Shown here one piece after another: positions 52,945 through 62,152 of a stretch of DNA of 64,000 nt. Location: positions 1-64,000 of the IMG/VR virus record IMGVR_UViG_3300029267_003762; one strand, written 5' to 3'. The DNA comes from a virus. Positions within the stretch are counted from its first letter, which is position 1, and every line of letters starts with the position of its first letter. The notes beneath the pieces were generated by a model. It saw only the letters and a list, made by a program, of their open reading frames with translations. It was not told where the DNA came from and searched no databases. The translations under genes were made by a program, and so were the position numbers.

Positions 52945-55835
52945 TCAAGGCAGCCTTCTTCCCCGGCATCGATAAGCACGGGCAACACGTCTTTCCTCTG
53001 CACAACACGAGGACGGACGCGCTGTTCGAGAAGATCGCTGCGCCGACGTTGCTGCCCGACGTGCTGGACTACATCGACCAGCTGACCCCGCAGAACAACT
53101 CGCAGTACGCGCTGCTCAACGCCATGGCGGCGGGCGAGTACTTCGGGTCCAACATCAACGGCGACTGGTTCCCTGAAGAGGCGCTCATCCACAAGCCGGA
53201 CACGTGGACCGGCGTTCCCGAGTTCGATCGCGTCCTCGCGCAGAGCTGGCCGTACGGCTTCCCGACGTTCTACAACGCCGGCGTCTTCGCCCACCATCGC
53301 AACAAGGACATGACCAAGTCGTTCGGTGCCGTCGAGCTCGCCTCGTGGCACCCGGACATGAAGCGCGTCGAGCTCGTCATTCGGCTCGACAAGGAGCCGT
53401 GCTACCGCTTTGGTGGCACCGGTCTTTGGGACAAGCTCGCGGCCGGGCAGATGTTCGACGTGAGCATGGGCTGCAAGGTCCCGTTCGACACTTGTTTTCC
53501 TGCGGGCACGCTGGTGCGCACGGAGCTGGGCAACAAGCCCATCGAGCAGGTTGTCGTCGGGGAGTGCGTACTGGCTGATGGCGGGCAGTACCTGCCCGTC
53601 ACTGCTGTGATGAAGAGATCAGCCGACGACTTGCTGAGGATCGTCGCATCCGGCTTGCCCGCGATCACTCCAACCAGCAACCACCCGTTTCTCATAGTAC
53701 GGCGCGAGGAGGTGCGTGCCTGCAAGGGCACGGCAAACGGGCGTCGTTGTCGACACTCCCCCGACAAGAACTACGCGCGGCTTTGCCAGAGATGTGGTGC
53801 GGAGCTGCACTTCCGGATGACCTGGGCGGCTGCGGCCGACGTACGTCCGGGCGACTACATGGTGGTGCCCGCCCAACCGTCGCCCAGCCGTGTCGATGTG
53901 CCGCTGCCGCGCGCACGGATGCTCGGTTACTACTTGGGGGACGGGTACATCATCAAGCAGCGCACCGGCAAGAAGAAGGATGGCGAGTACCGCGACATGG
54001 GCGTGGGCTTTTCCGTGGGCTCCTCGGAAGAAGAGCATCTACGCCGTCTGCTTTTGACACTGGCAGAGGCCGGGCTACAGAACGAGCCATGCGTGTACGA
54101 TGCGGGATGCAGCCGGAAGGCGCGCATCGTTTCTGTGTACGACCAGGAAGCGGCTGCATGGTTGCAGGAAGTGGGCGGCCGTGGAGGCCGCGGTAAGCGT
54201 CTGGACGAGCAGGTGTTCGACTGGCCGCTGGAAGCCAAGCTCGAACTCGTAGGCGCCTACATCGACACGGACGGCTCGTTTGACGAGGACAAAGGGCAGG
54301 TTCGTATCGCGTCGGTAAACCGCGGGCTGCTCTTGGACGTGCAGCGGCTACTTCTGCAGGAACGTATCACCGCAACCGTGTGCTATGCGGGGAGTGGGTC
54401 CGGCTACGAAAACAGCGATGCTTGCTGGTACTTGGTACTGGCTGCGGCACAGGCGCAGAAGTTTCTAGGTAGGTCAACCAAGGTCAAGCCCCGAGAAGTG
54501 GGCTGGGAGTCGCCGAAGTCGTTGTTCTGGGAGGGGTACTGGCTGACGCCGGTGACGTCCATTGAAGAGCTGGACGGCGAGCAGGAGGTCTACAACCTGT
54601 CGGTTGAGAAGATGGAGCAGTACGTCGCCGAAGGACGAGTCGTCCACAACTGCTCCATCTGCCTAGACTGGCCGCTGTACCGGGAAGCCCAGGCGACGTT
54701 CGACCCCGGGGTCCACAAGCACCCCGGTCAGGCCGTCCTCGAGTTCCATCGCAAGCTCATTGCCCAGCGCGGGCAGGGCATCCGAGGTCTGGCGATCACA
54801 CGCAAGGACTACTGCGTGCACGCCAAGACCATGATGAACCGGATCTTCCCGGATGGGCGCAGGGTGTTCGTGTACAACGACTACCCTCGCTTCTTCGACA
54901 TCTCGGGCGTGTTCATCGGCGCGGACAAGACCGCCAAGGCCATGCTCAAGATCGCGGAGGCGGCGGAGCGCAGCTACCACTTCTTCTGGTCTCGTCCGTC
55001 GGCGGAAGTAGCCGAGGACCTGGGGTACACAGAGGGGTGGTCGGAGAAGGCCGCGGCTGCCGTGCTCACGCCCCAGCAGCTCGCCGACGATCTACTCAAG
55101 CAAGCCTTCATGGGCAAGGGTGCCAAGCTCAAGCGCGCCGAGATCACCAAGGACGTCGTGCCCTCACAGTTCGCCGCGTCGGCGGTCCCTCTCTTGACCC
55201 ACAGGGAGCCGTCGCTGTCGAACGACCTTTTGGACCGGCTGGCGAAGAAGCCGATGCGGGACGTTCTATCTACCTCCGGCGGGCTGGGCATGGTGATGCG
55301 CCCTCGGGAGTTCCAGCGGCTCATGCTGTCCCGGCTCGGACTCGGAAGAGAAGCCGATGACCTGGACCGCCGCAACATTGTTTTTCCACGAGTCGAAGAA
55401 GAGGAAGAAGTAGGGCTGTCGAAAGAGCGATTCAGCCCACTGATAGCCAAACTGCTTCAACCCTTCTTTGACTCGCGCTCTTCTTTCGGTCCTGCAGTAG
55501 AGAAGAGGGTGACCATCATCATGGTCGGGGACCGCGGTGGAAAGAATAGACCCGCTTCCCAACTCTCCCCTCTTCTGCATAAGATAGGAGCCGCGTACAA
55601 CGGGTACAGGAAGTCGCTCATGCAATTCGTCCCAGAAGCAGTTGAAGTCGGTCAACAGACCGGAGCTCCTGAAGAGCTGCACAAGTGCGCGTCCGCACCC
55701 GTTGAACAACTTTTCACCCCGCTCTCGGTGGCGTACGTCAAGAACGCCTTTTGGGACGAGGTGGGTATCAACCAGGCACAGGCCACAACGGTCGGCGTGG
55801 AGAGGGACTACCCTCGAGGAACACGTGTGCTTTGA
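52941..55835 (+). CDS. probable prohead maturation protease interrupted by an intein
   Basis: N.NGD.F; VFAHHRNKD; spliced VSMGCKVPFDT|CSIC...YC.H; FFDIS.V..GAD..A; located upstream of capsid genes. Confidence 0.7.
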   Translation: MIKAAFFPGIDKHGQHVFPLHNTRTDALFEKIAAPTLLPDVLDYIDQLTPQNNSQYALLNAMAAGEYFGSNINGDWFPEEALIHKPDTWTGVPEFDRVLAQSWPYGFPTFYNAGVFAHHRNKDMTKSFGAVELASWHPDMKRVELVIRLDKEPCYRFGGTGLWDKLAAGQMFDVSMGCKVPFDTCFPAGTLVRTELGNKPIEQVVVGECVLADGGQYLPVTAVMKRSADDLLRIVASGLPAITPTSNHPFLIVRREEVRACKGTANGRRCRHSPDKNYARLCQRCGAELHFRMTWAAAADVRPGDYMVVPAQPSPSRVDVPLPRARMLGYYLGDGYIIKQRTGKKKDGEYRDMGVGFSVGSSEEEHLRRLLLTLAEAGLQNEPCVYDAGCSRKARIVSVYDQEAAAWLQEVGGRGGRGKRLDEQVFDWPLEAKLELVGAYIDTDGSFDEDKGQVRIASVNRGLLLDVQRLLLQERITATVCYAGSGSGYENSDACWYLVLAAAQAQKFLGRSTKVKPREVGWESPKSLFWEGYWLTPVTSIEELDGEQEVYNLSVEKMEQYVAEGRVVHNCSICLDWPLYREAQATFDPGVHKHPGQAVLEFHRKLIAQRGQGIRGLAITRKDYCVHAKTMMNRIFPDGRRVFVYNDYPRFFDISGVFIGADKTAKAMLKIAEAAERSYHFFWSRPSAEVAEDLGYTEGWSEKAAAAVLTPQQLADDLLKQAFMGKGAKLKRAEITKDVVPSQFAASAVPLLTHREPSLSNDLLDRLAKKPMRDVLSTSGGLGMVMRPREFQRLMLSRLGLGREADDLDRRNIVFPRVEEEEEVGLSKERFSPLIAKLLQPFFDSRSSFGPAVEKRVTIIMVGDRGGKNRPASQLSPLLHKIGAAYNGYRKSLMQFVPEAVEVGQQTGAPEELHKCASAPVEQLFTPLSVAYVKNAFWDEVGINQAQATTVGVERDYPRGTRVL
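53493..54650 (+). mobile_element. intein (386 aa) with LAGLIDADG endonuclease
   Basis: CFPAGTLVRT; T.NHPF; LGYYLGDG and LVGAYIDTDG; VYNLSV...VVHN|C. Confidence 0.95.
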
Positions 55836-55861
55836 TTCGAATCCAGTGAAGGAGTGAAGAC

Positions 55862-56743
55862 ATGAACGAGTTCCTCGCACAGTACTTCGGTACGAACGCC
55901 ACCCCGGACATGATCGAAGAGCAGACGAAGCAGGCCGAGGCCGAGACCTTCGTCCAGCTCGCCAAGGAGGCCGGGGTGCCCCTGCACCAGATGACCGACG
56001 CGCAGATCGCCGAGCTCTACGAGCACGTCATGGGCAAGACCGCCTCTGACGACGGCGATGAGGACGACGAAGAGGAGAAGAAGCGCAAGGCGGCCGAGGA
56101 GTACGCGTCCAAGAAGGAATCCCACGTCAAGTTCGCCGAGGCCACCGAGATGGGTCAGATCATGGCCCACAGCTTCTGGAACGAGCTCGGTGAGATCGAG
56201 AAAGAAGCCGGGCGCGGCAGCGAGTTCCTCAACAAGGCCAAGGGCAAGGCCATGCGCATTGGCGGAACTGCGGCAGGCTACGGGGCTGAGGCTCTTTCTG
56301 CCCTTACCGGAAGCACCGGACGCAGCAAGGCCAAGCTCCTCAAGGAGCTCAAGGGTCGCACTGGCCACGTTCCGGGCGGCGCGAAGATCGAGAAGAACCT
56401 CGCCAAGGAGATCGCGGCCCACAAGGCCCGTTCTCTCAAGGCTCGCCTTGCCGCTGGAGGCGGCGCTGCGGCCCTCGGCGGCACGGGTTACGCTCTCGCC
56501 GGTCGCGAGAAGGATTCGGCGGCGGCGCTCAACGAGCTCGCTCTCGAGCTTGCCGTCGAGAAGTGCGCGTCCGCCGGCTGGGATGCTGATGAGGCGTCGA
56601 CGCGCATCGTTTCCGCCATCAACCTCGATCTCGTCGACGAGGACAACACCAAGATCGCGTATGCGAACGACGTCGACGGCGCCGTCGAGATTCGTTCGTT
56701 GGAGCTCATCGAAGCGGCCGGCTACCCGGTCACGTGGGAGTAA
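55862..56743 (+). CDS. scaffold/internal head protein
   Basis: Acidic; K-x-A rich (KQA, KTA, KFA, KEA, KCA, KIA); GQIMAHSF..EL..IEKEA. Confidence 0.7.
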   Translation: MNEFLAQYFGTNATPDMIEEQTKQAEAETFVQLAKEAGVPLHQMTDAQIAELYEHVMGKTASDDGDEDDEEEKKRKAAEEYASKKESHVKFAEATEMGQIMAHSFWNELGEIEKEAGRGSEFLNKAKGKAMRIGGTAAGYGAEALSALTGSTGRSKAKLLKELKGRTGHVPGGAKIEKNLAKEIAAHKARSLKARLAAGGGAAALGGTGYALAGREKDSAAALNELALELAVEKCASAGWDADEASTRIVSAINLDLVDEDNTKIAYANDVDGAVEIRSLELIEAAGYPVTWE

Positions 56744-56766
56744 GGGCGAGCCCTTAGGAACACCCA

Positions 56767-58308
56767 ATGGCAGCGACAGGAGTAGGCATGGTCAACAACC
56801 CGGAAGGCACCGCTCAGGTGGCGCCGACCGCGACCATGTCTCCCCTGCCTGCAGTTCAAGTACCGACCACACCTGCTCCCAAGCTGACGGCTGATCTCAG
56901 CAAGAAGCCGGGGAGCGCGCAGGTCGGGGCTCGAACCAACTACTCCCGAGTGAACACCGGTGCCCCGATGGCCTCTGATGCAGGAGAGAGTTCTCAGAAG
57001 TCACTTCAGCCGAAGATGGCCGGGGCGTTTTTCAAGTCGCAAAGTGAGGTTCCTATGACACACGCAGCTGCACGTCCGACGCTTCAGCAGATGTTGAAGC
57101 ACGCGATGGCAGGGGCAACGTCTGCGATCGACTCTGGTCAGATCGCTGCCGCGGCTCGTTCGCAGCTCGAGGTCGGAGGGAACCGGAAGGAGGCGAGCGC
57201 GCCTCCGGAGGGCCAGCCGATCTCACGAGAGTACGCGCACAAGCTCGCCTCTGCTGTCGACTACTACGCCGAAGTGACGTTCGGTAAGGTAGCGCAGGAC
57301 GCACCCACGTCGCCGGGTCACGGACCTGGCGCACTCGACGTCACCGAGTCCATGGATGGCCCGCCCATCAGTGAGGACTCTGGGCAGGCGACGTCGGGCA
57401 ACCAACCGCCCATGAACCCAGGCACCGGCAAGGTGGCTCCCAATGCCGTCGATGCCGCTACCGCCCTGGACAACGATGCAGACCACCGGCCTGGCGCCGA
57501 CGCGGAGAAGTCCTGGTCTCCTGACGGGGACAGCACTCGCTTCTCGAAGGTCTCGCAGATCGAGCGCATTCGGAAACTCGCCGCTGGGCGCGTCGTCGAT
57601 GAGCAGAGGCAGCAGGCCATGGGACGCATCATGGCCACCGCCGAGGAAAAGCTCGATCGAGACCGCGCACGGGCGGGAGAGAAGTCCTACGTCCCCTTTG
57701 AGGGCAAGAAGGGTCGCAACGCTCCGAAGCCCTCCGCTGCTCCGAAGCCCTCCGCTCCGAAGCCGTCGGCCGCCCCCAAGGTCAAGCCGTCGGATGTGAG
57801 GAAGGGCGTGGGCATCGTCGAGCGTATCCGCAACATGAGCGGACGCAACAAGGCGCTTGCTGGGGCCGCTCTCGGACTCGGTACTCTTGGGGCCGGGTAC
57901 GGGGCGTACCGGGCTCTTTCGGGCAAAGAGAAGGCCGCGTCTTCGCAGATCGGTCTCATCCGCAAGCTCGCGGAAGACGCGATCAACCCTGCGCACATCA
58001 CGGCTGCGCACAACGCTCCCGAGCCCCAGACGCTCGAGGCGTCCGACCCCGGGCCGTCCGGGGAGAACAAGGGGATGCTTCCGACCACTCCTGAGGGCGT
58101 CGCAGACGCCACCAAGCGGTCGGTCAAGGCCCCCTTCGTGAAGAAGGACATGCCGGACTACGTCGACGAGCCTGCTTTCTCGGCGCCTCACGACAAGGTC
58201 TTGCAGAACGCCTTCGCCAAGACGGACGAGTCCGGTGCGAAGATCTCTTCGATCGACGCGACCTCGGCCGCCCGCGCGCTCTTCAACCGACTGGCAGAGG
58301 AGGCCTGA
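56767..58308 (+). CDS. low-complexity internal head protein
   Basis: K-x-A rich; APKPSA repeats; glycine zipper; alternative start at 57055. Confidence 0.65.
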   Translation: MAATGVGMVNNPEGTAQVAPTATMSPLPAVQVPTTPAPKLTADLSKKPGSAQVGARTNYSRVNTGAPMASDAGESSQKSLQPKMAGAFFKSQSEVPMTHAAARPTLQQMLKHAMAGATSAIDSGQIAAAARSQLEVGGNRKEASAPPEGQPISREYAHKLASAVDYYAEVTFGKVAQDAPTSPGHGPGALDVTESMDGPPISEDSGQATSGNQPPMNPGTGKVAPNAVDAATALDNDADHRPGADAEKSWSPDGDSTRFSKVSQIERIRKLAAGRVVDEQRQQAMGRIMATAEEKLDRDRARAGEKSYVPFEGKKGRNAPKPSAAPKPSAPKPSAAPKVKPSDVRKGVGIVERIRNMSGRNKALAGAALGLGTLGAGYGAYRALSGKEKAASSQIGLIRKLAEDAINPAHITAAHNAPEPQTLEASDPGPSGENKGMLPTTPEGVADATKRSVKAPFVKKDMPDYVDEPAFSAPHDKVLQNAFAKTDESGAKISSIDATSAARALFNRLAEEA

Positions 58309-58309
58309 C

Positions 58310-58672
58310 ATGCAACCCAAGTTCAGCGCAGCCGAAGCCAAGTACATGCTGAAGACCGCTGCCCAGACCATCCGGGCTCTATCGGATGAGAACACTGCCC
58401 TTCGTACGAAGGTGGCCAACATGGAGCAGCACGAGCGCTCCACGAAGCTCGCCGAGCAGATGCACGCGAAGGGCATCGATCGTGACGTGCCCGTCGACCG
58501 GCTGGCTGACAACCTCGACCAGATGGCCGAACAGGGCAAGTTTGCGGAGTATCAACGCGCCGTGGAGATGGTCGGCCCCGACATGGGTGTCGGCATGGCT
58601 CTCCGGGGCGAGGGAACTGAAACAGGGTCGTCTGACCAGCTGACTTCTTGGCTGACCGGTCAGATCGACTGA
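58310..58672 (+). CDS. small scaffold-like protein
   Basis: GAGGAGG RBS; coiled coil. Confidence 0.65.
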   Translation: MQPKFSAAEAKYMLKTAAQTIRALSDENTALRTKVANMEQHERSTKLAEQMHAKGIDRDVPVDRLADNLDQMAEQGKFAEYQRAVEMVGPDMGVGMALRGEGTETGSSDQLTSWLTGQID

Positions 58673-58697
58673 TTGCTCGTGACCTGGAGGATCCAGA

Positions 58698-59237
58698 ATG
58701 AGTGTTGCAAAGGTCAATTTCGAGCTGAAGTCGGACCTCATGGCCGTTCAGCGTCGAGACATCCCCGTTGCGGACAAGAACCTCACCAACCCGTACCACG
58801 CGGCAGCGTTGTTCGATGGTGAGTGGCTGACGATCAATGCCGCTGGCAAGCTCGTCAGGTCCGCCGACATCACACAGGCTGCAGGCACCGCCGCCGCAGG
58901 CGACGCCGTGTACCTGTCCTGCCCGCTCTTCGCCGAGCGCGGCCGCTACGACGTTCGCGCGAACGCCGAGAACAAGATGCCGGTCTTCTGGCTCGCCAAC
59001 GAGCAGTACGAAGCGCAGACCCGCATCTTCGACGCCGCCCTTGGGGCAGGCATCACCGCTGTCGGTCAGCCTCTCAAGGTGGCCGTCATCGAGCTCACGA
59101 CCAACGGAGCGACTCGCAAGTACTCGGGACTCATGCGCCACGGCGGGGCCGGCGATGCCGCGCCCGTCTTCGGGTACGTCACCAAGTTGCCGACGAACGG
59201 CTGGCTCCGGTTCAAGTCTGGAACCCGCAACTTCTGA
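58698..59237 (+). CDS. probable capsid decoration protein
   Basis: Immediately upstream of the major capsid gene; Gly/Ala-rich beta composition. Confidence 0.6.
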   Translation: MSVAKVNFELKSDLMAVQRRDIPVADKNLTNPYHAAALFDGEWLTINAAGKLVRSADITQAAGTAAAGDAVYLSCPLFAERGRYDVRANAENKMPVFWLANEQYEAQTRIFDAALGAGITAVGQPLKVAVIELTTNGATRKYSGLMRHGGAGDAAPVFGYVTKLPTNGWLRFKSGTRNF

Positions 59238-59279
59238 TGACCGGGACGATCCCAGGGTTTCAGTGAAAGGAGATACAAG

Positions 59280-60404
59280 ATGAGCGTTCCGGCACGTGTC
59301 CTCAATGAGATGTTCATGAACAAGATCTCGAGCCCCGAGGGCCGAGAGAAGGCCGCCGAGTACGGTGGGTCCTACGTTCGTGACCGCCTGCGCGAAGTCG
59401 CGTACTCGCGCAAGGTGATCCCCCCGCAAAACGTCACCCGCGCCGACTGCCAGCGGTCCGTCAACCATGACACCCTCGTGAAGATCGTGGACATCGAGCC
59501 GCAGAGCCGCGCCATGGCGATGACCTTCCGGGGTCAGCCCGAGGCCCGGTTCATCCGTGGTGAGCGTTTCGAAGTCGCCTTCTTCACCATCTCTTCGGAG
59601 ATGTTCCAGAAGACGGAACAGGAACTGTCCGCCTACGAGATGCCCATCACCAAGATCATCGAAGAGAACTCGGTGAAGGACATCCAGGAGATCGAGGACC
59701 GCGAGTTCACGCTTCACATCGAAGCGGCGGTTCAGGCTCTCCAGCAGGAGGCCAATGGCGGCGTCGTCAAGACCCTCGACTCCGTGCAGATCGCTGCCGG
59801 CAACGTCGTCGAGTTCTCCGTCCGCAAGGGCGAGCTCGCGCGTCAGGCCGCTGGCGTCCCGAACCAGACGGTTCTTCCGCTTCAGCGGCCCGACCTGGTC
59901 AACCTCTTCAAGATGCTCGACGGCAACCGCCTTCGCTCCGACCGCATCTTGCTGACGGAAGTCGACTGGGACGACATCCTGCAGTGGACGGTCGAGGACT
60001 TCGGCGACAAGCTCCAGTCCGAGACGACGACCGACGGGTACAAGTACAACTTGCTGCTCGGCCGCGCGTACATCCGCACGATCAAGACGGACATCCTCCG
60101 TCCGGGCAACCTGTACGTGTTCACCAAGCCGGACTTCTTCGGGAAGTTCTACATCCTCAACAACACCAAGTTCTACATCGACAAGGTGGCCAACAACATC
60201 TTCTGGCAGGCGTGGGAAGACATCGCCATGTGCGCTGCGAACATCGCCTCCGTCCGGAAGATGGAGTTGTACTCTGCCGACGCGACGTCGAACGACGCAC
60301 AGGGTCTCCTGACCAACTTCGTGCCGGTGGACGAGGACGCGCTCGGTGCGGTCAACAACCGCGTGGACCAGGGCCTGAAGTTCCCGCAGATCGACTCCTT
60401 CTGA
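59280..60404 (+). CDS. major capsid protein
   Basis: 374 aa; strong RBS and codon bias; RDRLRE..YSRKVIPP and I..IED..F motifs of large-phage HK97-fold capsids. Confidence 0.8.
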   Translation: MSVPARVLNEMFMNKISSPEGREKAAEYGGSYVRDRLREVAYSRKVIPPQNVTRADCQRSVNHDTLVKIVDIEPQSRAMAMTFRGQPEARFIRGERFEVAFFTISSEMFQKTEQELSAYEMPITKIIEENSVKDIQEIEDREFTLHIEAAVQALQQEANGGVVKTLDSVQIAAGNVVEFSVRKGELARQAAGVPNQTVLPLQRPDLVNLFKMLDGNRLRSDRILLTEVDWDDILQWTVEDFGDKLQSETTTDGYKYNLLLGRAYIRTIKTDILRPGNLYVFTKPDFFGKFYILNNTKFYIDKVANNIFWQAWEDIAMCAANIASVRKMELYSADATSNDAQGLLTNFVPVDEDALGAVNNRVDQGLKFPQIDSF

Positions 60405-60491
60405 TCAGCGGGCCCACGCGCATAGCGTGGTATCATGGAGAGCGTCGGTGCCGGCAGATGGTGCCGGCGCTCTTTCCATTGGAGGGAAGCT

Positions 60492-61160
60492 ATGGAGCAG
60501 TTCTTGTTGGTGAACACATCGCGCGGTCGTCATACACGTACGGCGCGGGCGACCAACCCGACGCACAAGGGGTTGGCGCAAAAGCTCGACAACGGGGTGC
60601 GTGTGCTGAGGGGAAGGCCCACGCCCGTCGGGCTCGAGACTCTCAAGAAGATCCTGCCCGACGTGCTCAGGCGAGAGTTGGTCGGCATCCTTGAGGTACG
60701 ATCGATGGACGGCAGGCGGGTCAGGTTCAAGGAGGACGGCTCGTTCTCTGTCGACCCGGCCCCAAAGCCCCCGCCGATCCCGTTCGCATCTGATGGGGGG
60801 ATGAAAGTCGACCTCATTGGTAAGGAGCAGATGGAGCACTTCGATGCGAAGAGCATCGGCGAAGAGGCGGACATCACGGGCGACCTCGATCTGCCGAAGC
60901 CCGCCATTGCCTCTCGGGAGAAGATCGTCGATGAGGATCTCGACGAGCTCAAGCTGCCACCGGCGCACGGCAGTGATACGATGCCGGCGACGAGTCAGGA
61001 AGACGAGGACAGCGCTGAGGCCTTCGAGGCTGAAGCGGAGGAATCCGAGGAGGCCGAAGAGGAAGAGCCCGAACAGCCGGCGGAGCAGGAGAAGCCGGAT
61101 CCAGCGAGGGCCCGATCCACCAAGCGGCAGTCTCGAAAGGCGCGTAGAAGGAGCAGCTGA
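60492..61160 (+). CDS. hypothetical protein with acidic and basic tail
   Basis: GGAGG RBS; upstream CGTGG-TATCAT. Confidence 0.6.
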   Translation: MEQFLLVNTSRGRHTRTARATNPTHKGLAQKLDNGVRVLRGRPTPVGLETLKKILPDVLRRELVGILEVRSMDGRRVRFKEDGSFSVDPAPKPPPIPFASDGGMKVDLIGKEQMEHFDAKSIGEEADITGDLDLPKPAIASREKIVDEDLDELKLPPAHGSDTMPATSQEDEDSAEAFEAEAEESEEAEEEEPEQPAEQEKPDPARARSTKRQSRKARRRSS

Positions 61161-61654
61161 TGTCGCTAGAAGGAATCCCCGGGATGTCGCGCACGTTCAT
61201 CATGTTCGTGCACCAAGTTCGGGTGTTCCTTCGCGACTACCCCGAGCTCAATCGGTTGGTGCGGGGCGTCGAGTCGTCGGATCGTCAGATTGCTTGGGCG
61301 GTCATGGACGCCGTCGAGGACTTCAACGGCACCCCGCACTTTACCGAGTACACGCTCGAGCAGCTTCTCGCGAAGCACCAGGGGCACCTTCTCACGCGGA
61401 TGACCGCCATCAACTTGATCGAGTCGGTGGGGCTGCTTCAAACGCGCAACCACATCAACTACAGTGACGGTGGTTTGAACGTCGGCGCCAACGACAAGAC
61501 GGGTCTTCTGATGAACTGGTTGCAGCTCTTCAAGAACGAAACAGAGCAGAAGAAGACCAGGGCCAAGGTCGGCATGAACATCGAGGACGCCATGGATTCG
61601 TACGGAGTGGCGAGCGAGTACTGGGCGACGAATGCCACGTACGCGAGCTATTGA
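61160..61654 (+). CDS. probable head-tail adaptor/neck protein
   Basis: VR.FLRD..ELN.L...SD..I......DFN.TP; RN...YSDGG. Confidence 0.65.
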   Translation: MSLEGIPGMSRTFIMFVHQVRVFLRDYPELNRLVRGVESSDRQIAWAVMDAVEDFNGTPHFTEYTLEQLLAKHQGHLLTRMTAINLIESVGLLQTRNHINYSDGGLNVGANDKTGLLMNWLQLFKNETEQKKTRAKVGMNIEDAMDSYGVASEYWATNATYASY

Positions 61655-61688
61655 CCGGAGCATTCTCGACGAGAACTGAGGCAAGGAC

Positions 61689-62150
61689 ATGGCATTCAAG
61701 ACGCGCAAGTTCAGCAGCATGTTGCACATGGACACGTTCCTGAACGGTGGAATCATCTGCGGAAACAACAAGGCTGTGCAGGGGATCGAGGGGCTCGTCG
61801 GCAAGACCCTTACGTTCACCGCCCCCGCCGGCGCTGTTACGTTCGCTGCGGTACCCGGCCGGAACAACCCGAACAAGCTCCTCGTCGAGGACATCCATGC
61901 TCAGATCGCGGCCGTGCCTGCCCTGGGGGACGTGGTGGTCTTCGCCGTGGACGGGTGCGTGGCCTTTGGGAGGAGCACGCCAGGGCAAGTTGTCGCGCTT
62001 TCCGCTGGGCCGGAGGATTCTCGCCCCTTGCTCGGCCTGTCCAGGAGTGGGGCGGTCAGCGGCGTCGTCCACAACCCACCCACCACCGTTCCGTACGTGT
62101 TCTGGATGCATGAGACGAACGGGGCCTGGGTCGTCTGCACCGTGGAGTGA
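61689..62150 (+). CDS. virion structural protein
   Basis: Position in the late operon; AAGGA RBS. Confidence 0.55.
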   Translation: MAFKTRKFSSMLHMDTFLNGGIICGNNKAVQGIEGLVGKTLTFTAPAGAVTFAAVPGRNNPNKLLVEDIHAQIAAVPALGDVVVFAVDGCVAFGRSTPGQVVALSAGPEDSRPLLGLSRSGAVSGVVHNPPTTVPYVFWMHETNGAWVVCTVE

Positions 62151-62152
62151 TC

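Noticed and set aside
57721-57780. Short tandem repeats (also 26812-26856 and 37129-37170)
   Set aside because: Period is a multiple of 3; they encode APKPSA, PA linkers or a poly-Asp tail.
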